Source: Ruminococcus bicirculans (ex Wegman et al. 2014) (GTDB lineage Bacteria; Bacillota; Clostridia; Christensenellales; DTU072). Taken from it: a stretch of 64,000 nucleotides of DNA. Position 1 is the stretch's first letter. Every line of letters begins with the position of its first letter. The translations under genes and the position numbers were made by a program. Under the pieces are notes generated by a model that did not search any database, was not told the origin of the DNA, and saw only the letters and a program-made list of their open reading frames with translations. Positions 56,572-64,000 of this stretch are shown here, one piece after another. The stretch covers positions 69,129 through 133,128 of the forward strand of contig CAVIFU010000001.1 in assembly GCA_963642145.1 (NCBI GenBank), written 5' to 3'.

Positions 56572-57105
56572 TTAATATTCGGGCGTAATTAAGCCGTAAT
56601 CACCGTCATGACGTTTGTAAACCACGGAAACTTTGTTGTTCTCTGCATTGACGAACACGTAAAAGTCGTGGTCCAATAATTCCAATTCCGCTACGGCATC
56701 ATCAACAGTGATGATGGAAATATCAAATTTCTTGACTTTTACGATCTTGCCGAGATGTTCGCTTGGCACGGTTCCCTCTTTGTCTTCCTGTTCGAGAGGC
56801 AGTGCTTTTTTGGGTTGCTTACTGTTTTGACGATCGCGGAACTTAACGATCTGTCTTTCGAGTTTAGGCAGGATCAAGTCGATATTATCGTACATATTGC
56901 CGGAAGTTACTTCCGATCTTGCCATTTGACCATTGAATATTATGGTTATTTCCATTGTGAATTTATCTTTTCCCACTGTGGATAATTTCACTTTGGCTGT
57001 AGCATCCTCCGGGAAATACTTGTCAAGTTTGGTTAGTTTCTTCTCGATTACGGAAACGAGTCTGTTGCCTTCGTTGTAACCTTTGGAAATCAATTCGATA
57101 CGCAT
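56572..57105 (-). CDS. hpf: ribosome hibernation promoting factor (long HPF)
   Basis: Start at MRIELISKGY with AGGAGG 7 nt upstream. The track start adds an Arg-rich artefact of 24 aa. The C-terminal dimerisation domain is present (VVYKRHDGDYGLI). Confidence 0.9.
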   Translation of the reverse strand: MRIELISKGYNEGNRLVSVIEKKLTKLDKYFPEDATAKVKLSTVGKDKFTMEITIIFNGQMARSEVTSGNMYDNIDLILPKLERQIVKFRDRQNSKQPKKALPLEQEDKEGTVPSEHLGKIVKVKKFDISIITVDDAVAELELLDHDFYVFVNAENNKVSVVYKRHDGDYGLITPEY

Positions 57106-57116
57106 AGTAGTACCTC

Positions 57117-59657
57117 CTAATGTTTTTCTATTTCGAACGCGAGTTCGCCGTCGACGATGTCTACGGTTACGTCGCAATCGTTTTTAAGTTTACCCATAAT
57201 TATTTCTTCGCTCAACCTATCTTCGAACATTTGACGCACGGCGCGCTTTATGGGACGCGCTCCGTACTCCGAATCCGTACCGCGCTCGGCTACGTAATCG
57301 ATTACAGCTTGCGTATAGCGGAGTCTTATTCCCCTTTCCGCCAATATCTTCGTAATTTGTTCTATCATTATACGAGCTATTTTGTCAAGAACTTCAACGT
57401 CAAGTTTTCTAAAAATAACTATATCGTCTATTCTGTTAATGAATTCCGGGCTGACATTCTTCTTTAACAACTCCATTTGCCTGTTTTTAAGCGCTTCATA
57501 GTCGTTGTAGCCTTTTAAGTCTACACCGAATCCGACCCTTTTGGTATCGGCGATTTCCCTTGCCCCGAGGTTGGACGTCATTATAATTATAGTGTTCTTG
57601 AATGACACCGTTCTGCCGTGCGAATCGGTCAATACGCCGTCGTCCAGAACTTGCAACAAAATATTGAACACATCGGGATGCGCTTTCTCTATTTCATCAA
57701 ACAGCACCACCGAATAAGGTTTTCGTCTTACCTTCTCCGTCAACTGACCGCCTTCGTCGTATCCGACATACCCGGGAGCCGCGCCGACCAAACGGGAGAC
57801 GTTGATTTTCTCCATATACTCGCTCATATCCAAGCGGATAATCATGTTTTCATCGCCGAACAAGCTTTGGGCAAGAGCTTTTGCAAGCTCCGTTTTCCCG
57901 ACGCCCGTCGGACCTAAGAACAAAAATGTTCCTATCGGTTTGTTTGCGTCTTTCAGCCCTGCGCGAGCACGTTTAACGGCGCGCGCTACGCTGCTCACAG
58001 CCTCGTCTTGCCCTATGACGCGCTTTTTAAGATCCGCTTCAAGGTTGATCAGACGTTCCGACTCTTCTCTATCTAACCCCGAAACGGGTATATGCGTCCA
58101 TTCCGATACGATTTCCGCTATTTCACGCTCGCCCACAATGAGCTTATCGCCTATCAAACCCTTTCCCCATTCGGCACGTTTTTCTCTAAGAGATTTATTT
58201 ATGGATTCTCTTTCCGCTTTCAGCGTATTGGCTTTGACGAAATCTTCGGATTTGGTTGCTTGCAGTAGACTTTCGTTGAGAATATCCCTAGTCTTTTCCA
58301 ATTCGAGGATCTCGGGCGGCGTAACGAGTGACGCTACTCTCAATTTGCTTGCCGCTTCATCTATCAGATCTATCGCTTTATCCGGCAAAAACCTATCGGC
58401 GATATATCTATCGGAGAGCTTTACCGCGGAAATCAACGCTTCATCCGTAATTATTACGTTATGATAATCTTGGTATTTGCTTCTTAATCCGCGCAGTATT
58501 TCAACGGCGTCTTCAGGCGATGGCGGATCCACAAAGATAGGCTTAAATCTTCGTTCGAGCGCGGCATCCTTTTCGATATACTTGCGATATTCGTCAAACG
58601 TCGTTGCGCCGATCGTCGGGATATCTCCGCGCGCAAGCAATGGTTTCAAAAGATTGGCAACCGTTGCGCCTCCATCGCTGTCGCCTACGGACAAAATCAT
58701 GTGCATTTCATCAATGAAAATTATTGTAGAGCCGTCATCAAGCTCTTTCAACATCCTCTTGAAACGCTCCTCGAATTCACCGCGGAACTTTGTACCTGCG
58801 ACCAAAGAGCCCAAATCCAACGCAAAAATCCTTTTGCCTTTCAACGTATCGGGCACATCCCCGCTTGCTATTGCTTGCGCCAAGCCCTCTACTATTGCCG
58901 TTTTCCCGACGCCGGGTTCTCCTATTATGAGCGGATTGTTCTTCGTGCGCCGAGTAAGCACGCGCATAATTTGCTCAATTTCTGCATTTCTGCCAATTAC
59001 CGGGTCAAACTTGCCGTTTTTTGCGTATTCCGTCATATCGAATCCGAACGGATTAAGATCTTGGACAGAGTCGCCCGATTTGCGCTCATCGCGATCGTTC
59101 GGCATAGCAATTGTTTCCACGCTAAACTGAAGCTCCGAATCTTTTTCTCCAAATCCGTTTGCGAAAATTCTGCCTATAAGGGAAGCAAGATCATCGGCGT
59201 CAAAAGTTTCTTCCACATCGTTATTTTTGCCGATACCGTTTGCCGTCATACTCTCCACGATGGGTTTCAACTCATTATAGCCGATATTAAACTTTTGCAG
59301 TATTGCCGATGCGCCGCAACTTCTGTTACATGTCAAAGCAAGCAATAAGTGTTGCGAGTCATACAATTTATAACCGGAATGTTCGGCAATCATGGCGGCA
59401 TAACTCATGGCGCGCCGTACTTGGTCTTCCGTCATAAGTTTGTTTTGATGAGAAGCATTCATGCTCCTAACCATACCGAACACGGTATCTTTATCTACTT
59501 TTAACTTCTCTAAGATATCAAAAGCATAAGTGTCCTCAACGATTAGCATCGCAACAAGTATATGCTCGGTTGCGAGCGGCACACCGGACCTGCTTGCACA
59601 ATCCCTTGCTTTGTCTAATATTTTCTCTACGTCGCTTGTGTATCTGATGTTAGCCAT
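57117..59657 (-). CDS. clpC: ATP-dependent Clp protease ATP-binding subunit (ClpC-type class I AAA+)
   Basis: 846 aa. Two Clp_N repeats and two AAA modules (GEPGVGKTA; GPTGVGKTE). Short middle domain. ClpP-docking loop RVGFG. Confidence 0.88.
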   Translation of the reverse strand: MANIRYTSDVEKILDKARDCASRSGVPLATEHILVAMLIVEDTYAFDILEKLKVDKDTVFGMVRSMNASHQNKLMTEDQVRRAMSYAAMIAEHSGYKLYDSQHLLLALTCNRSCGASAILQKFNIGYNELKPIVESMTANGIGKNNDVEETFDADDLASLIGRIFANGFGEKDSELQFSVETIAMPNDRDERKSGDSVQDLNPFGFDMTEYAKNGKFDPVIGRNAEIEQIMRVLTRRTKNNPLIIGEPGVGKTAIVEGLAQAIASGDVPDTLKGKRIFALDLGSLVAGTKFRGEFEERFKRMLKELDDGSTIIFIDEMHMILSVGDSDGGATVANLLKPLLARGDIPTIGATTFDEYRKYIEKDAALERRFKPIFVDPPSPEDAVEILRGLRSKYQDYHNVIITDEALISAVKLSDRYIADRFLPDKAIDLIDEAASKLRVASLVTPPEILELEKTRDILNESLLQATKSEDFVKANTLKAERESINKSLREKRAEWGKGLIGDKLIVGEREIAEIVSEWTHIPVSGLDREESERLINLEADLKKRVIGQDEAVSSVARAVKRARAGLKDANKPIGTFLFLGPTGVGKTELAKALAQSLFGDENMIIRLDMSEYMEKINVSRLVGAAPGYVGYDEGGQLTEKVRRKPYSVVLFDEIEKAHPDVFNILLQVLDDGVLTDSHGRTVSFKNTIIIMTSNLGAREIADTKRVGFGVDLKGYNDYEALKNRQMELLKKNVSPEFINRIDDIVIFRKLDVEVLDKIARIMIEQITKILAERGIRLRYTQAVIDYVAERGTDSEYGARPIKRAVRQMFEDRLSEEIIMGKLKNDCDVTVDIVDGELAFEIEKH

Positions 59658-59679
59658 ATTAAACTCCGACGCTACGTTG

Positions 59680-60546
59680 TTATTTTTGAGTTATAAACCT
59701 CTTGAGCTTCTCTCTTAATTCCGCATCTCTCAACGCAAAATCTATATTCGCCTGCAAAAAACCGAACGTGTTGCCTATATCATATCGAGTGCCGTCGAAT
59801 TCATATGCATAGACGTTCTGTACTTTTGCCATAAGGTCTATAGCCGACGGCAAATACACTTCGCCGTTAGATACCGGTTTGGTTTTGCCGATATATTCAA
59901 ATATGTCCGGGGTTACGATAAACCTTCCGAGACTCGTAAGCGTGGACGGCATATTGTCTAACGACGGTTTCTCAATAAATCCACGCACCCTCGTATAACG
60001 TCCTTTTGATTCAGCCGGATCGATTACTCCGTACATGACGGCGTCTTCTTTTTGCATTTTTTGAACACCGACTATAGCGGAAGCGCAAGTAGTCTCGTAC
60101 GCGTCAATAAGCTGTTTTGTAACGGGTTTTTGCGGACTGTAAATAATATCGTCCGGAAATAGTATGGCAACCGGGTCGTTGCCGACAAACTCCTTGCAAA
60201 GCTCTGTTGCTTTTCCCGTTCCTCGCATATCCGGTTGAATGACGAAATACACATTCGCTTTCCCGCGATATTTATTAACGATCGGCAACCAATCGCGCTT
60301 GTTTGCACGCGTAAGAGCGTCGTCAAGCTCCGGTACGGCGCCAAAATATCTGATTATGTCCTCTTTTCCTCTTGAAATTACGATGCAAATATCCGTAATA
60401 CCGCTATCCAAGCATTCCTCCATCGTGAAATCTATGGCAGGTCTGTTTAGTACGGGCAACATCTCTTTGGGCACGGCTTTAGTAACGGGCAACAGCCTCG
60501 TTCCAAATCCCCCGGCGAGTATTATTGCTTTCTTAAAGGTTTTCAT
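59680..60546 (-). CDS. galU: UTP--glucose-1-phosphate uridylyltransferase
   Basis: Start at MKTFKKAIILAGGFGTRLLPVTKAVPKEMLPV with AAGGAG 4 nt upstream. Motif VEKP-like IEKP. Confidence 0.92.
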   Translation of the reverse strand: MKTFKKAIILAGGFGTRLLPVTKAVPKEMLPVLNRPAIDFTMEECLDSGITDICIVISRGKEDIIRYFGAVPELDDALTRANKRDWLPIVNKYRGKANVYFVIQPDMRGTGKATELCKEFVGNDPVAILFPDDIIYSPQKPVTKQLIDAYETTCASAIVGVQKMQKEDAVMYGVIDPAESKGRYTRVRGFIEKPSLDNMPSTLTSLGRFIVTPDIFEYIGKTKPVSNGEVYLPSAIDLMAKVQNVYAYEFDGTRYDIGNTFGFLQANIDFALRDAELREKLKRFITQK

Positions 60547-60568
60547 ATTGCTCCTTATCCCCATAATT

Positions 60569-60597
60569 ATTATATAACAAACTCGTTGCGATTGCAA
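60569..60597 (-). promoter_or_regulatory. sigma-A promoter for galU-clpC-hpf-...
   Basis: Minus strand has TTGCAA, a 17-nt spacer, then TATAAT. The -10 ends 22 nt upstream of the galU ATG. Confidence 0.65.
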
Positions 60598-60678
60598 TAG
60601 TAAATATTCTATTTTACTACTCGGTGCTCAAATGAATTACGGATTTTTACGTTTACGTAAAGAAATTCCGATATGCTA

Positions 60679-60707
60679 TTTACAAGCGTGAGATTTAGGA
60701 ATATAAT
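60679..60707 (+). promoter_or_regulatory. sigma-A promoter for the GtrA-family gene
   Basis: TTTACA, a 17-nt spacer, then TATAAT. It lies 15 nt upstream of the ATG at 60723. Confidence 0.6.
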
Positions 60708-60722
60708 TAAATCGAGGTGAAT

Positions 60723-61412
60723 ATGAAAAAGAAAACAAAAATACAACAGCCGGAAAGCAACCCTTCCGAAGAAAAGGCGGAACTTACGCCCGAACAAATC
60801 AAACTTAAACGCAAAAACAATATTATCAGGATAATAAAATTCGTATTGTTTTCGGCGTCTGCCGGCTTAATTCAAATAGCGTCTTTTACGTTATTGAATG
60901 AAGTCGCAAAACTGCTCTATTGGCCGGCATATCTGATTTCGCTTGTCTTATCGGTAATTTGGAACTTTACCTTTAACCGCAAGTTTACTTTTAAGTCCGC
61001 AAATAACGTGCCGATTGCCATGCTTAAAGTAGCAATCTATTATGCCGTTTTCACGCCTCTCTCGACTTGGGGCGGTAACGCTCTCAAAAATATAGGTTGG
61101 AACGAATACCTTGTTCTTGCCATTTCGATGGTACTTAACTTAGTAACGGAATTCCTATACAACCAATACGTAGTATACCGTAAATCGATGAATACCAACG
61201 ATCTTGGCAAGAAGGAGGAAGCAAAAATGGCAGAAGCCGGCAACGTTAACGATGAAAACGCGCCTGAATCCGAGGTTGTCGAGCCCACCGAAAATTCTTC
61301 AGTGAAGAGCGACGAGCCCAAAGAAGACGCGTCCGAAACGAATACGGGAGCTTCTGACAGCGCCAAAGAAGCTGCCAAAGAACCTGAATCTGCAGATTCT
61401 GAAAAAGAATAA
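60723..61412 (+). CDS. GtrA-family membrane protein with long acidic C-terminal tail
   Basis: Four TMs and motif NFTFNRKFTFK. Start at ATG (MKKKTK) with GAGG 5 nt upstream. The last ~75 aa are E/D/S/K-rich low complexity. Confidence 0.75.
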   Translation: MKKKTKIQQPESNPSEEKAELTPEQIKLKRKNNIIRIIKFVLFSASAGLIQIASFTLLNEVAKLLYWPAYLISLVLSVIWNFTFNRKFTFKSANNVPIAMLKVAIYYAVFTPLSTWGGNALKNIGWNEYLVLAISMVLNLVTEFLYNQYVVYRKSMNTNDLGKKEEAKMAEAGNVNDENAPESEVVEPTENSSVKSDEPKEDASETNTGASDSAKEAAKEPESADSEKE

Positions 61413-61423
61413 TTCTCACCAAA

Positions 61424-61476
61424 CAAAAACAAGCTCGCAATTTGAAGTGCACTTCAATTGCGGGCTTGTTTTTTTC
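61424..61476. terminator. bidirectional terminator between convergent genes
   Basis: AAAAACAAGCTCGCAATTTGAAGTG-CACTTCAATTGCGGGCTTGTTTTTTT. Imperfect stem of about 20 bp with A/T runs on both sides. Confidence 0.85.
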
Positions 61477-61480
61477 GGAT

Positions 61481-62188
61481 TCACTTTTTTGAGTCGCCCA
61501 ACTCAAACAGTGCGGCGAACTTTTTGAACGTAGGTCGAAAGTCAAAAAATTTATCGAGCAATTTAGAGAACAATCCTATTATCGTTCCGTTTAGGGCTGC
61601 CATTACCAATGTTCCCCATCCTATTCCCTCTATTTTACGGAAGAAACAGTACGTCATAACCAAGCTTGCCACCAAACAAGCTAAATCAACTATGGTTTTT
61701 AGAACGGGTAACTTAATTCCGTATCTCAAAGAAACGGCTTTGACAAAAAAGTCATACACTTGCGGATACAAATATGTCTTATAAAACAAGGCAACGGAAA
61801 ACGACGTCAACAGCATGCCTATAACAAACATAACTATTTTAAGCCATAAATCTATACTGCCCGGAGTGGTTATCTCGGGGTTGAAAAACGGTATCATCCG
61901 CCATAAATCCAACACAAGCCCGTAGACGAGGCAAGTTACAAAGGAAAATAAGTACACAAACTTAAACTTCCTAAGCACGATACACAGGACAATAAACAAC
62001 CCTGCCTGTATGACATATTCCGCCTGTCCGAAGCTCAGAACTTGCACTTTTAAGCTCAACAGATAGGCAGGAGCGACTATCATTGATACGCCGAAATCGG
62101 TTGATGTCAAAATTGCTACGGCAAGAGATAGTAATACTATTGCCAGTAGATAGGCAACTTCGCTCGATATAGTTAATTTTTTCTTCAT
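61481..62188 (-). CDS. polytopic membrane protein (possibly YczE/YitT-like)
   Basis: 235 aa, about 6 TM helices. The family call rests on weak pattern memory only. Confidence 0.35.
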   Translation of the reverse strand: MKKKLTISSEVAYLLAIVLLSLAVAILTSTDFGVSMIVAPAYLLSLKVQVLSFGQAEYVIQAGLFIVLCIVLRKFKFVYLFSFVTCLVYGLVLDLWRMIPFFNPEITTPGSIDLWLKIVMFVIGMLLTSFSVALFYKTYLYPQVYDFFVKAVSLRYGIKLPVLKTIVDLACLVASLVMTYCFFRKIEGIGWGTLVMAALNGTIIGLFSKLLDKFFDFRPTFKKFAALFELGDSKK

Positions 62189-62199
62189 GCGACAACAGA

Positions 62200-62721
62200 T
62201 TAGACATACTTGATATAATCGTCTTTACGCTTTTTGGCTTCCGGTATCGGTCCCGACGCATATCCGAGGGCTACCGCGCCTACTCCGCGCAATGTTTCCG
62301 GCAGACCCCATTCTCGCAACAGCTCTTTGCCTTGTGCGCTATCGAACATTTCACGTTCGCGGTGTATCCATATGCTTCCGAGTCCCAACGACGTTGCCGC
62401 AAGCATCATGTTCTCCAAAACGCAACTGCCATCCTCCACAAACGTCGGCACTGATCCGTCTGCCAAAACCAAAATAACTACGGGAGCTCCGTAATACGGA
62501 TCCGCGTCTCTTCCCATCACAGACGCGTTCAAACGCGCGATTTCTTGACGATAATTCTCCGTCGCAACGGCGATTATTGTCGGCGATTGACGTCCTCCGC
62601 CTGTCGGCGCATAAGTTCCCGCTTCAAGCACGGCGGACAACAATTCCTGCGGCACAGCGTCCGGTTTGAAAGCCCTGACGCTTCTACGTAACTTGATGTT
62701 GCTAAGCACTTCATTTGTCAT
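62200..62721 (-). CDS. nitroreductase family protein
   Basis: Motif LRRSVRAF and FMN-binding pattern. Start moved to M11 (MTNEVL) with AAGGAG 8 nt upstream. The track ATG at 62751 lies inside a terminator hairpin. Confidence 0.85.
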   Translation of the reverse strand: MTNEVLSNIKLRRSVRAFKPDAVPQELLSAVLEAGTYAPTGGGRQSPTIIAVATENYRQEIARLNASVMGRDADPYYGAPVVILVLADGSVPTFVEDGSCVLENMMLAATSLGLGSIWIHREREMFDSAQGKELLREWGLPETLRGVGAVALGYASGPIPEAKKRKDDYIKYV

Positions 62722-62738
62722 ATACGGTTTCTCCTTAT

Positions 62739-62773
62739 AAAAAATCGCCATACGTATCTTAACGCGTATGGCG
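62739..62773 (-). terminator. intrinsic terminator in the nitroreductase 5' leader
   Basis: Minus strand reads CGCCATACG-cgttaagata-CGTATGGCG (perfect 9-bp stem) then ATTTTTTAT, running straight into the RBS AAGGAG. Confidence 0.7.
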
Positions 62774-62823
62774 AAAAATGAGTTTCTTTCTCAGAAAAAA
62801 TCCATACAGATTTTTGTACTCTT

Positions 62824-62852
62824 ATGATATTCGATTCGAATCGACTTGTCAA
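62824..62852 (-). promoter_or_regulatory. sigma-A promoter with palindromic spacer (candidate operator)
   Basis: Minus strand has TTGACA, a 17-nt spacer, then TATCAT. The spacer contains the perfect 14-bp palindrome TCGATTCGAATCGA (62831-62844). Confidence 0.6.
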
Positions 62853-62936
62853 CATTTTTATGGTGTTTTTTTCGTTACCGACTTCATAAAATTTAGTCGC
62901 GCATCCTCTGACGAGTTAACACGCTAAATTTATGGC

Positions 62937-63377
62937 TTATAGTGTGAACGTATACCACTCTTGATCGACGCGAGAAAACCCTACGGACTCAAACATGCGG
63001 CGGCTTTGCTCATTGAAAGAATATATATTGGCTTTAACCGCACTCATGCCTTTTTCGGCGGCAATCTTTATCATTTCTCGGACGCATTGTCTACCGATAT
63101 GCCGATTCTGATATTCTTTGCAAACAACTATTGCGATTTCTCCGTTATCTCGGAGGGAAACGTCCCCTACCAACGTTCCCTTGTATTCGATGTAGTAACA
63201 TTCGCCGTGTGCGCAGAGATAATCATACATTCGATGCAGTAGTTCCGAGTCGTATGGCTCATCTCTATTGTCAACTTGTTTGCATACGTCCACATTCAGA
63301 TACCACGGTAACGATATTTCATCGTTTCTGCAATACGGTATCAGCGTTATGTTTTCATTGACAATACGTTCTTTCAT
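62937..63377 (-). CDS. GNAT-family N-acetyltransferase
   Basis: 146 aa. Acetyl-CoA motif A context VVCKEYQNRHIGRQCVREMI. Confidence 0.8.
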   Translation of the reverse strand: MKERIVNENITLIPYCRNDEISLPWYLNVDVCKQVDNRDEPYDSELLHRMYDYLCAHGECYYIEYKGTLVGDVSLRDNGEIAIVVCKEYQNRHIGRQCVREMIKIAAEKGMSAVKANIYSFNEQSRRMFESVGFSRVDQEWYTFTL

Positions 63378-63404
63378 TATAGGCTCTTGACTCCGAAATA
63401 GTCT

Positions 63405-63450
63405 GTTGAGTAAAATAAAACGAACTCAAGAGTATTTCTCGGGTTCGTTT
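63405..63450 (-). terminator. terminator after tRNA-Leu
   Basis: AAACGAACTC...GGGTTCGTTT 10-bp stem. On the minus strand it is followed by TATTTTAC. Confidence 0.55.
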
Positions 63451-63460
63451 TCATTTTGTC

Positions 63461-63547
63461 TGGTGCGGATGACAGGACTTGAACCTGCACGACCTTGCGA
63501 TCATAAGATCCTGAATCTTACGCGTCTGCCTATTCCGCCACATCCGC
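63461..63547 (-). tRNA. tRNA-Leu (CAG)
   Basis: 87 nt. Acceptor GCGGATG/CATCCGC, anticodon arm TAAGA-TTCAGGA-TCTTA, long variable arm, encoded CCA. Confidence 0.92.
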
Positions 63548-63682
63548 GCACCTATCTAAGTTTATATTGATTAATGAATTTTGTCAAGTGTTCTATAAGA
63601 TTTGTTTTTAATGATGTCTTGTGTTAAAATAATCCATGTCGATATTATGAGTCGAACAAAATATATACAGGCACAACAACAT

Positions 63683-64000
63683 ATGGACGAACAAACGAAC
63701 GCAACAATGATACCCGAAAACAAAAGTAATGTGAATAAGGTCAAGGCAAAAAAGACTGCGGTTATCGCCACCAAAGAGATTGCCTACATCGCGTTAAGCG
63801 TAGCTCTGCTTTGCGTATGCTCTTGGATTTCGCTCCCTATCGGAGAAGTTCCGTTTACGCTCCAAACGTTTGCCGTTACATTGATAGCGGTTATGCTCGG
63901 TTGGAAGCGCGCCGTGCCTGCCGTCGTAATCTACGTTCTTTTAGGAATAGCCGGAGTACCCGTACTGCAAGGCTTCAAAGCCGGCATACCCGCATTGATG
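63683..64000 (+). CDS. bioY: biotin transporter BioY (5' partial, runs off the window)
   Basis: Not in the ORF track because there is no stop inside the window. Translation ...SWISLPIGEVPFTLQTFAVTLIAVMLGWKRA...VLLGIAGVPVLQGFKAG matches the BioY signature. ATG at 63683, with an alternative at 63707. Confidence 0.8.
   Translation, partial: MDEQTNATMIPENKSNVNKVKAKKTAVIATKEIAYIALSVALLCVCSWISLPIGEVPFTLQTFAVTLIAVMLGWKRAVPAVVIYVLLGIAGVPVLQGFKAGIPALM

Noticed and set aside
62889-62931. AT-rich hairpin AAATTTAG...CTAAATTT after the GNAT gene, as its terminator.
   Set aside because: The stem is almost entirely A/T with a long, poorly paired interior. It is plausible but too weak to annotate with confidence.
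63571-63774. 67-aa minus-strand ORF (Cys/Ile/Phe-rich) and other short ORFs spanning intergenic or tRNA regions (e.g. 34917-35177, 34633-34863, 44842-45060, 44933-45184, 60609-60797).
   Set aside because: They overlap tRNA genes, promoters or the better-supported bioY start. They have no RBS and implausible compositions.

Overview
This 64-kb window comes from a moderate-GC, endospore-forming Firmicutes (Clostridia-like) chromosome. It holds about 66 protein genes and 7 tRNAs. I found no rRNA, CRISPR array, transposase, integrase or prophage signature. Almost all genes lie on the minus strand in tight, often overlapping operons.

Gene order closely follows the Bacillus/Clostridium core, read along the minus strand from high to low coordinates:
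- galU-clpC-hpf-pgi
- an ABC importer, ruvCAB-queA-tgt-yajC, secDF-recJ-relA
- a six-tRNA operon
- spoIIAA-spoIIAB-sigF, spoVAC/D/E, pepP-efp, spoIIIAA-AH
- frr-uppS-cdsA-dxr-rseP-ispG
- yggS-sepF-lspA-rluD
- rimP-nusA-ylxR-ylxQ-infB-rbfA-nrnA-truB-ribF

I see no obvious multi-gene novel system such as a defence island. The items worth follow-up are single loci that break the core pattern:
1. A 510-aa PolC-like N-domain + OB + DEDDh exonuclease sits in the slot where polC lies in Bacillus. It has no PHP or polymerase core.
2. A tandem-OB SSB-like protein lies inside the division cluster.
3. A 1174-aa lipoprotein combines an InlB-B-repeat array with BspA-type LRRs.
4. An MsmX/MalK-like ABC ATPase has substitutions in four of its five catalytic motifs and is translationally coupled to pgi.
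5. Two short 5' leaders (upstream of an ACT-like/ABC importer operon and of a nitroreductase) carry a consensus promoter followed by an intrinsic terminator just before the RBS.
6. A U-tract-less hairpin lies in the rimP-nusA leader.
7. A P-type ATPase has PIGM in place of the PEGL ion-site motif.

Several ORF-track starts are too long, and I corrected them from RBS and promoter positions. Every call rests on reading the motifs by eye. No database search was run.
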